Virus record (IMG/VR): IMGVR_UViG_3300031951_000045
DNA from: an uncultured virus (IMG/VR IMGVR_UViG_3300031951_000045)
Taxonomy: Duplodnaviria > Heunggongvirae > Uroviricota > Caudoviricetes
Strand: one strand, 5' to 3'
DNA: 64,000 nucleotides
Below the pieces are notes generated by a model. It saw nothing but the letters and a program-made list of their open reading frames with translations. It had not been told where the DNA came from and made no database searches. The translations under genes were made by a program, and so were the position numbers. Positions within the stretch are counted from its first letter, which is position 1. Each line of letters begins with the position of its first letter. Below, piece by piece: positions 7,297 to 14,251 of this stretch.

Positions 7297-7448
7297 CTGA
7301 ACTCATCAATCGAACTCATATGCTTATCGAGGCACTTGAGTATTATATTCAAGACCTCAAAAAGAATAATTGCACTGAAGCATCTATTCAAGCATACACA
7401 ACTCTTCTCAAAGAGATTGATGTTGACAACTACTCAGTCATTGATTAA
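7293..7448 (+). CDS. 51-aa hypothetical protein
   Basis: Hand-translated MTELINRTHMLIEALEYY...; ATGA overlap. Confidence 0.6.
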   Translation: MTELINRTHMLIEALEYYIQDLKKNNCTEASIQAYTTLLKEIDVDNYSVID

Positions 7449-7455
7449 AACAAAG

Positions 7456-7554
7456 ATGAAACGTAAAGAAAAACTTGAACTACTATCTAAAGCACAAGAT
7501 GGTAATGAACTTCTTCTAATCGCACAAGCAATTATTAACTCTCAAACCAAATGA
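7456..7554 (+). CDS. 32-aa hypothetical peptide
   Basis: MKRKEKLELLSKAQDGNELLLIA...; shares an L.K...GN(D/E)(I/L)L.I motif with ORF 4007-4204. Confidence 0.55.
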   Translation: MKRKEKLELLSKAQDGNELLLIAQAIINSQTK

Positions 7555-7745
7555 TTATTCTTCAAAAAGAAAACCACGGTTGTGTTTATACAATTGATCC
7601 TGATACTCAAGAACTCTTCTATGCCCCCATTCATACAAACAACACTGTAAATCTTTCTGAGTTTGCACCTGTTGATCTATCAAGTGTAGATGATGAATAT
7701 GATGTAATTACGATTCAAAAAGAACTGATTAACCTAAACAAATAG
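7551..7745 (+). CDS. hypothetical protein
   Basis: ORF track; ATGA overlap. Confidence 0.7.
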   Translation: MIILQKENHGCVYTIDPDTQELFYAPIHTNNTVNLSEFAPVDLSSVDDEYDVITIQKELINLNK

Positions 7746-7752
7746 TAATACA

Positions 7753-7908
7753 ATGAATGAAACGTTTGTAAGGTTGAGTGAAGAACAAATCAATCTGATT
7801 ATGTTCTGTCTAGAGCAAATGGAATGTGATTTCAATGAGACTGAACAATCATTATGCGAAGCAATCATTGACTCTTTCACCACTGCTCTAGTAGAGATAA
7901 ACACTTAA
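7753..7908 (+). CDS. 51-aa hypothetical protein
   Basis: Hand-translated MNETFVRLSEEQINLIMFCLEQM...; last gene before the non-coding region. Confidence 0.6.
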   Translation: MNETFVRLSEEQINLIMFCLEQMECDFNETEQSLCEAIIDSFTTALVEINT

Positions 7909-8045
7909 TCATAAGATGAAATAATCATTTATAACGATAAAATGTTTTAATTGATAATTAAATTAAATGTATTAAAAAACATATGTTAGTGTTTTGTGTT
8001 GATATAATGATAGTGTTATAATAGTCTTTATATCCTCTTTATACT

Positions 8046-8102
8046 CTTATAAATGCCTCTAGTTCTTGTCTTTAGACACTTATAAATGCCTCTAGTTCTT
8101 GT
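8046..8102 (+). repeat. 24-bp perfect direct repeat x2
   Basis: CTTATAAATGCCTCTAGTTCTTGT at 8046-8069 and 8079-8102. Confidence 0.9.
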
Positions 8103-8115
8103 TGTCTAGGCCCGC

Positions 8116-8175
8116 ATTATACCATAAGACCCAAAAAAAGTCAAGGGCATTACAGACACTCCTAGGGGTGGCACA
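8116..8175 (-). promoter_or_regulatory. Leftward sigma70-type promoter with palindrome copy 8
   Basis: Minus strand TTGACT(8144-8139)-17 bp-TATAAT(8121-8116) with extended TG; degenerate palindrome 8152-8175 sits 30 bp upstream of the -10. Confidence 0.8.
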
Positions 8176-8263
8176 AGACATATAGACAATGAAACTCCTG
8201 AGACTCACACATCTTATGAGTCTTGGGAGTATTTTGCTAGTTACTCGTAAGACTCATAGGTCT

Positions 8264-8322
8264 CAAACCACTGCAGTAACTGGCACATCGTATCGTGAGT
8301 CTCACTGATTCTGCGATAGACT
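8264..8322 (+). promoter_or_regulatory. Rightward promoter element copy 9 (no downstream ORF)
   Basis: CAAACCAC-TGCAGTAA-CTGGCACA (8264-8287); TAGACT 8317-8322 (29-bp gap); G-rich start like copies 5-7. Confidence 0.6.
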
Positions 8323-8382
8323 TATAGGGTCGGGAGGGGAGGGAATATTATAAACTCCCATAACTGATAAGAAATACGCACC

Positions 8383-8559
8383 TGTGGAAAAATAGTTTTC
8401 CACAGGTTTCATTCATTTCCTATAGGGGAAAGTAATGATTTCCCACAGATAGTTTTCCACAAGTTTATGATGATTTGTAGTGTTTGCAAGGGTTTATAAG
8501 AATTGCCCTGTGGAAAAAGTCTTATAGTTTTCCACAGGTTCGTTATATCTTGTGGAAAA
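8383..8559. promoter_or_regulatory. Cluster of cyanobacterial-type DnaA boxes (TTTTCCACA)
   Basis: Perfect boxes at 8383(-), 8396(+), 8453(+), 8509(-), 8528(+), 8551(-); one-mismatch box at 8439(+). Confidence 0.7.
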
Positions 8560-8694
8560 CTATTCGTGTTAGAATCTCATTCGTCCTGAGAGTTCGTTAT
8601 ACATAAGAGTTCGTTATAATCATTCGTTGTGCTTATAGTATTATAATATATTCGTCTTATAGTATAATAATATAATAGCAACGTTATGTTTGAG

Positions 8695-8990
8695 ACCCCC
8701 CATAAGGTTTGCTATTTCAATCAGACAGTGCTATACTATTCGTTGTACACAGTTTCTGACATAAACTGATGTCGTCCTCTGAGTATCATAAACTCTCGGA
8801 GGAGTTCGTTATGCAACCCCCCATAAGGTTTGTTATTCTTATTGACCAAGACTACATAATTCGTGTTGCACAGTTCGTGTTATAAACTGATGTCCTCCTT
8901 TCGTTATATCTAACCCCCCATAAGGTTTCGTATTAGAATTAAACAGTAATGAATATAAACTATTCGTGATTGTTCGTTTATTATAATTAA
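8695..8990 (+). repeat. Three imperfect ~100-120-bp tandem repeats
   Basis: Each starts ACCCCCCATAAGGTTT (8695, 8816, 8913); units 1 and 2 also share CACAGTT and ATAAACTGATGTC. Confidence 0.85.
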
Positions 8991-9207
8991 ACAGCACTGT
9001 TTGACAGTTATATTTTGTGTTGTTGTATTCTTATACCTAACCGATGCCCCCTTATATAAAATCAATGGGTCCTTCAAGGCTACACCGAACCGAAAACGAG
9101 AGAGTAATTGTCTTTCAAATAAAAAAATTTTTCCAAAAAATTTTTCCAAAAAAGTTGAGGGCACAAGAACAAAAAATGATATATAAGTTTAGAATTTAAT
9201 CAAAAAA

Positions 9208-9366
9208 ATGACAATGAGATTAGAAATTGATGATTATGAAAAGGATCTTTTAATTGATACAATTCAGCATAGATTAGACACTGATAAAATCTTAGTGATT
9301 AACAATAGTCTGAAAGAAGAACTTGAAGATCTTCTAAGGAAAGTGGAAGAAGATGAATACGTATAA
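9208..9366 (+). CDS. 52-aa hypothetical protein
   Basis: Hand-translated MTMRLEIDDYEKDLLIDTIQHRL... Confidence 0.6.
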   Translation: MTMRLEIDDYEKDLLIDTIQHRLDTDKILVINNSLKEELEDLLRKVEEDEYV

Positions 9367-9523
9367 TATTTCAGTAAATGGAAATGAAATATTAAGTCAA
9401 GTGCCGCAGAATGATTTACAGGAAAATCTGAAACTTATCAGAGGACTTGTATGGACATCTGGGGGAAATGATGGGGATATTACAGTATCTCTAAATAAGA
9501 ATGAAAACCATTGCAATGAATGA
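9353..9523 (+). CDS. 56-aa hypothetical protein
   Basis: Hand-translated MNTYNISVNGNEIL... Confidence 0.55.
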   Translation: MNTYNISVNGNEILSQVPQNDLQENLKLIRGLVWTSGGNDGDITVSLNKNENHCNE

Positions 9524-9539
9524 TTTGTGGTGGTAGAAT
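9511..9539 (+). promoter_or_regulatory. sigma70-type (middle-like) promoter
   Basis: TTGCAA-17 bp-TAGAAT with extended TG. Confidence 0.7.
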
Positions 9540-9574
9540 ACTAAAGAACAGATTATTTTTCGCAATTATTTTTT

Positions 9575-10324
9575 ATGGCTAAAGGATTTACGGTAAAAGC
9601 AAAACTTCCGACAGGACCTGTGGAAGGAGAGTTTAATTTAGAAGCAGCAAAAGAAATGATCCGAGGCAAATCAATTGTCTTTTGTTTGCCTGGACGAGGA
9701 GTATCTTATCTGTATCTGAAGAATTTTGTTCAATTATGTTTTGACCTTGTTCAGAACGGAGCAAGTATTCAGATTTCACAAGACTACAGTTCAATGGTGA
9801 ACTTTGCACGATGCAAATGTCTTGGAGCAAATGTTCTCAGAGGACCCAAGCAGATTCCTTGGGATGGAAAACTACAGTATGATTATCAACTCTGGATTGA
9901 CAGTGATATTGTCTTTGATACTGAGAAGTTCTATCGTCTTGTAGCAATGGACAAAGAGATTGCTGCTGGATGGTACTGCACTGAAGATGGTCACACCACA
10001 TCGGTTGCCCATTGGTTACAGGAAGATGATTTCAGAAGCAATGGTGGTGTGATGAACCACGAGACACTGGAGACCATTCAGAAACGTCGTAAACCATTTA
10101 CAGTGGATTACACAGGTTTCGGATGGGTTTTGATTAAGAAAGGTGTATTTGAGAATCTTGAGTATCCTTGGTTTGCTCCGAAGATGCAGGTCTTTGAATC
10201 TGGTGAAGTTCAAGATATGTGTGGAGAGGATGTTTCATTCTGTCTTGATGCAAAAGAGGCAGGATATGAGATCTGGTGCGATCCTCAAATTCGTGTTGGT
10301 CACGAAAAGACACGAATCATCTGA
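9575..10324 (+). CDS. GT-A fold glycosyltransferase-like protein
   Basis: ARxxC, LWIDSD (DxD), TGFGWVLI, GEDVSFC and VGHEK motifs; family common in cyanomyoviruses. Confidence 0.75.
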   Translation: MAKGFTVKAKLPTGPVEGEFNLEAAKEMIRGKSIVFCLPGRGVSYLYLKNFVQLCFDLVQNGASIQISQDYSSMVNFARCKCLGANVLRGPKQIPWDGKLQYDYQLWIDSDIVFDTEKFYRLVAMDKEIAAGWYCTEDGHTTSVAHWLQEDDFRSNGGVMNHETLETIQKRRKPFTVDYTGFGWVLIKKGVFENLEYPWFAPKMQVFESGEVQDMCGEDVSFCLDAKEAGYEIWCDPQIRVGHEKTRII

Positions 10325-10345
10325 TAAGTGTCTAGAAGGTATTTC

Positions 10346-10375
10346 TTGACCTTCTTTGAAACGTTATGATAGAAT
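10346..10375 (+). promoter_or_regulatory. sigma70-type promoter
   Basis: TTGACC-18 bp-TAGAAT with extended TG. Confidence 0.6.
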
Positions 10376-10414
10376 GTCTCTATAAGGTTTGTATCGTCTT
10401 ATAGAGACATTTTT
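10375..10414 (+). terminator. 12-bp perfect hairpin followed by a T-run
   Basis: TGTCTCTATAAG-N11-CTTATAGAGACA-TTTTT. Confidence 0.65.
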
Positions 10415-10473
10415 ATTGGCTTGAGAGACTTTATAAAAACCCCCTTATAAAAACCGTTAGATGGAGAACTAAA

Positions 10474-10611
10474 ATGGCACAAAAGAGTCGGAAGGATATG
10501 AAGATTGAGAGTATTCCGAAGAATACTCGACAAGGTGAAGGTAGAAATACTAAATATGCTGCTACGAGTCGCAATGGGGCACGTAAGAAGTACCGAGGTC
10601 AAGGACGGTAA
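10474..10611 (+). CDS. 45-aa basic peptide (KKYRGQG motif)
   Basis: Hand-translated MAQKSRKDMKIESIPKNTRQGEGRNTKYAATSRNGARKKYRGQGR; GGAG RBS. Confidence 0.75.
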   Translation: MAQKSRKDMKIESIPKNTRQGEGRNTKYAATSRNGARKKYRGQGR

Positions 10612-10613
10612 AT

Positions 10614-11252
10614 ATGGCTTATTTAAACCATAGTCTTCCAGATTGGTCCTGTTATATTCGTAATGAATTTCTTTTTAATCACAAGAAAGGTCACGGTGAA
10701 GTAACTAAATGTGATGTTCATTGTGTTGCTAGTATTGAAAAAAGAGTTCCTTTATTTGAGGCATTCCTTGAGAATGGCGTGAATTGGACTCGTAGACCTC
10801 TTCACGCATTTTGTTGGAAACCAGATGCAGAAATAGAACCTTTAGAGGATCTTATGTACTGGGACTGCTTTTCACCGTATGTTGATGTTCAAAAACGTGC
10901 CCGTCTTGCTGGATTGCAAGCAGAATTGATTCGTCCTGATGGAAAAAAAGTGATTGGGAGATATATGTTTACCCTTGATTGGTCATGGGAAAATAAAGGA
11001 GTCACTGATCTTAATTTTTCAGAGACTCCTGAACATAAATGTGCTCATTTATTCAAGGTGGAAACTGGAAATTACTATGCATATCCAAACAATCGCATTA
11101 TTTGGTATGATAATGCCTGGACTTTCAATAGAATTGACAAAAATCCAGGATATGAAATTGATTTGACAGTATATTCGGTTGAAAATAAAAGAAAAATCGA
11201 AACATCTGATCATTACATGTACGAAATTACAAATTTAAATCAAAATAAATAA
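10614..11252 (+). CDS. conserved phage hypothetical protein
   Basis: MAYLN...WDCFS...YMFTLDW...EHKC...YPNNRI motifs typical of a marine/freshwater myovirus family. Confidence 0.8.
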   Translation: MAYLNHSLPDWSCYIRNEFLFNHKKGHGEVTKCDVHCVASIEKRVPLFEAFLENGVNWTRRPLHAFCWKPDAEIEPLEDLMYWDCFSPYVDVQKRARLAGLQAELIRPDGKKVIGRYMFTLDWSWENKGVTDLNFSETPEHKCAHLFKVETGNYYAYPNNRIIWYDNAWTFNRIDKNPGYEIDLTVYSVENKRKIETSDHYMYEITNLNQNK

Positions 11253-11273
11253 ATTTTTACTAAAGATATTGAG

Positions 11274-11615
11274 TTGAAACAGTTTTCGATGGGCAATCAC
11301 CTTCTTTTGGAGGTTTATGATATAGAACACAATCTTCTGAATGATGGTATTTCTCTTCAGGGGGTGATGGAACGTGGAATTGAACGTGCTGGAATGACTA
11401 TTTTAAATATTTTTCAGCACTGTTTCTATCCTCAAGGAGTTACGATTGTAATTGCTCTTTCGGAAAGTCATGTTTCGTGTCATACATGGCCGGAAAGAGG
11501 TTGTATTGCCATAGATGTATATACTTGTGGTGAAGGAAATCCAAAATTAGTTGCACTAGAATTGTTGAAGTATTTTAATTCGGATAATTATAAACTTCGT
11601 CAGTTGGATCGTTAA
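11274..11615 (+). CDS. speD: S-adenosylmethionine decarboxylase proenzyme (class 1B)
   Basis: GxHLL, FxPQGVT, LSESH self-cleavage site, HTWPE, DVYTCG; start could be ATG 11289. Confidence 0.9.
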   Translation: MKQFSMGNHLLLEVYDIEHNLLNDGISLQGVMERGIERAGMTILNIFQHCFYPQGVTIVIALSESHVSCHTWPERGCIAIDVYTCGEGNPKLVALELLKYFNSDNYKLRQLDR

Positions 11616-11676
11616 ATAATAATAGAGATAGCAACCTCTTTAAAAGTTCCGGTTTTACTAAAAACAGGAGTTGCAA

Positions 11677-11919
11677 ATGTCTTTTTATCAAATTGATAGA
11701 AATAAAGATTATATGAGAGAAATGTGGGGAACTACAAGTCTCATTACTGATTACAATCAACAAAAAAATACAAAAAAAGTACTTCAGGAGATTATGCACG
11801 ATCATGCACCAAAGCATGATTTTAAAAAACAAACTGAATTACACGAAAAGATCAGAAATGATGAAGATTATGATGATTGGAATTATGGTACAGAACCAGT
11901 CTATGGAAAAATTGTCTGA
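11677..11919 (+). CDS. conserved cyanophage hypothetical protein
   Basis: MxEMWGT...LQEIMHD...HEKIRNDEDYDDW; AGGAG RBS at 11666. Confidence 0.75.
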   Translation: MSFYQIDRNKDYMREMWGTTSLITDYNQQKNTKKVLQEIMHDHAPKHDFKKQTELHEKIRNDEDYDDWNYGTEPVYGKIV

Positions 11920-11956
11920 AAAGTCTTATAGATATATAAAAGACAATTAATCTTAG

Positions 11957-12358
11957 ATGCCAATTAGCATTTCAAGATCTTTTAAAGACATTAGTTTGTC
12001 TTTTTCACGTCATCCTGTTACAAATGATATTTTAATTTTAAAAAATGAGGATGCAATTAAAAGATCTGTTCTCAATTTAGTTCAAACTCAAATTAGTGAG
12101 AGGTTCTTCAATAACTTATTGGGAACCTCTGTGAATTCTTCTTTGTTTGAACTTGCAACACAAGAAATAGAGATTATTTTAAAAAGAGAAATTGAAACTG
12201 TATTAAATAATTTTGAACCAAGAATTAGATTAAATAATATAGAGGTAGAAGTAATTGATGATTATAATGAATTGACCGTTAAAATTGTATATGACATTGT
12301 TGGACTACCATTACCACTACAGAATATAGAGTTTATTTTACAACCAACTAGAATATAA
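11957..12358 (+). CDS. g25: baseplate wedge subunit gp25
   Basis: FKDISLSF..HP.TND, NFEPR; directly before g6. Confidence 0.9.
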   Translation: MPISISRSFKDISLSFSRHPVTNDILILKNEDAIKRSVLNLVQTQISERFFNNLLGTSVNSSLFELATQEIEIILKREIETVLNNFEPRIRLNNIEVEVIDDYNELTVKIVYDIVGLPLPLQNIEFILQPTRI

Positions 12359-14250
12359 TGTCCTTCAATAACTTTACAAACTTAGATTTTAATGATTTAA
12401 GAACTCAAATTAAGAGTTATTTGAGAGCAAATGCAAATTTTACAGATTTTGATTTTGAAGGATCTAATTTTTCTGTTTTAATTGATATTTTAGCATATAA
12501 TTCTTACATTACTGCATTTAACACCAATATGGTGGTGAATGAATCCTTTATTGATAGTGCAACTCTTCGGGAGAATGTTGTTTCTCTTGCACGTAATATC
12601 GGATATGTACCAAGATCAAAAAGTGCATCAAAGGGAAAAATAAGTTTTTCCGTAAGCACACCTAGAGATTCTAGTGGTAATTTAATTTCAAAAACAGTTA
12701 CTTTAAAGGCAGGAGTAGTTGCCTTAGGTGCTGTGGAGGGGGGAAATTATATTTTTTCAATTCCAGAAGATAAAACAGTTGTTGTTGGAAATGATGGATT
12801 TGCAAATTTCACAGATGTTGAAATTTATGAAGGAACATTTTTAACTAAATCATTTACAATTGACGATTCGCAACCAAATCAAAGATTTTTAATTCCAAAT
12901 GCAAGTGTGGATACATCTACACTTCGTGTGAAAGTTACAAATGTTATAAATGAAAAATATGAGTTATATAATAATATTTTTAAAGTAGACAAAACTTCAA
13001 AATTATTTTTAATACAAGAAGTTAGTGATGAGAAATATGAAATTGTATTTGGTGATAATATTTTAGGAAAAAGACCAATTAGTGGAAGTACCGTTCTTGT
13101 TTCCTATATTGTAACAAATGGAAAGGAAGGTGATGGTTGCTTTAACTTTACATTTTCAGGAATTTTAGTTGATAATAATCAAACAGCAATCACAAGTGGA
13201 ATTTCTTTAATTACCACAACTCAAGTATCAGAAAATGGTGACGATATTGAGTCTATTGATTCAATTAAATATCTTGGACCAAGAGTCTATGCCTCCCAGT
13301 ATCGTGCAGTTACTGCAAATGACTATAAAGGATTAATCCCATCTATTTTTCCAAATGTAGATACTGTTACTGCTTATGGTGGAGAAGAACTAGACCCACC
13401 AGAATATGGAAAAGTTTACATTTCAATAAAACCAAGAAATGGTAAATTTTTATCTCAAATCTCAAAAAATGAGATTAAAAAGCAACTAAAGCAATATTCA
13501 ATTGCAGGAATACAACCAGAGATTATTGATTTGAAATATTTGTATGTTGAATTGGAATCCTCTGTATATTATGACAAAAGTTCAACTTCAAGTGTTACTG
13601 ATTTACAATCTAGAGTTATTAATTCATTAAAGAGTTATGCAAAATCAACAGAATTGAACAGTTTTGGTGGAAGATTTAAGTATAGTAAAGTTTCAACGTT
13701 AATTGATAGCACAAGCACTGCAGTCACTTCAAATATCACAAAAGTAAAAATAAGAAGAGATTTACAACCAGCACTCAATACTCTTGCAAATTATGAACTT
13801 TGTTTTGGAAATCAATTTCATATTCAAAAGTTAATTGATGGGAAAGGATATAACATAAAATCTACAGGATTTACTGTCAAAAATATAGCAGATAAATTAT
13901 ATTTAAGTGATACACCAAGGACAGATGAAGTTGGAACTATCTTTTTCTTTAGACTTGTGAATGGAGTTCCATTCATTGTAGTAAATAATGCAGGAGAAGT
14001 TAATTACAAAAAAGGAGAAATATTATTAAATCCAGTGATTATAACTTCTTCGGATAATTCTTCGGGAATACAAATTCAAGCAATTCCGGAATCAAATGAT
14101 ATCATTTCTTTGAAAGATATATACTTAGAGATGGATACTACTACACTTAAAGTAACTATGCTAGAGGATGTGATAACTTCTGGAGAAAATACCTCTGCAA
14201 CAGAATATCCAGTCACATCTAGTTACAACAACGGAAATTATATAAGATAA
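12358..14250 (+). CDS. g6: baseplate wedge subunit gp6
   Basis: FTDFDFEGSN, NESFIDSATLRENVVSLA, RAVTANDY. Confidence 0.95.
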   Translation: MSFNNFTNLDFNDLRTQIKSYLRANANFTDFDFEGSNFSVLIDILAYNSYITAFNTNMVVNESFIDSATLRENVVSLARNIGYVPRSKSASKGKISFSVSTPRDSSGNLISKTVTLKAGVVALGAVEGGNYIFSIPEDKTVVVGNDGFANFTDVEIYEGTFLTKSFTIDDSQPNQRFLIPNASVDTSTLRVKVTNVINEKYELYNNIFKVDKTSKLFLIQEVSDEKYEIVFGDNILGKRPISGSTVLVSYIVTNGKEGDGCFNFTFSGILVDNNQTAITSGISLITTTQVSENGDDIESIDSIKYLGPRVYASQYRAVTANDYKGLIPSIFPNVDTVTAYGGEELDPPEYGKVYISIKPRNGKFLSQISKNEIKKQLKQYSIAGIQPEIIDLKYLYVELESSVYYDKSSTSSVTDLQSRVINSLKSYAKSTELNSFGGRFKYSKVSTLIDSTSTAVTSNITKVKIRRDLQPALNTLANYELCFGNQFHIQKLIDGKGYNIKSTGFTVKNIADKLYLSDTPRTDEVGTIFFFRLVNGVPFIVVNNAGEVNYKKGEILLNPVIITSSDNSSGIQIQAIPESNDIISLKDIYLEMDTTTLKVTMLEDVITSGENTSATEYPVTSSYNNGNYIR

Positions 14251-14251
14251 A

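Larger units (their letters stand above)
7909..9200. other. Structured non-coding region, putative replication origin / control region
   Basis: No credible ORF; contains an AT-rich tract, divergent promoters, a hairpin, a G4 motif, a DnaA-box cluster, a pentamer array and tandem repeats. Confidence 0.65.

Noticed and set aside
458..8287. TGGCAC as the sigma54 -24 box
   Set aside because: No TTGC at -12, a sigma70-type -10 sits at a fixed offset instead, and cyanobacteria lack RpoN
8695..8990. Mini-CRISPR array
   Set aside because: The repeat is only 16 bp, and the intervening 81-105 bp segments resemble each other
8910..9186. ORFs 8910-9164(-) and 9001-9186(+)
   Set aside because: Low-complexity translations across repeats and A/T tracts, with no RBS or family motif
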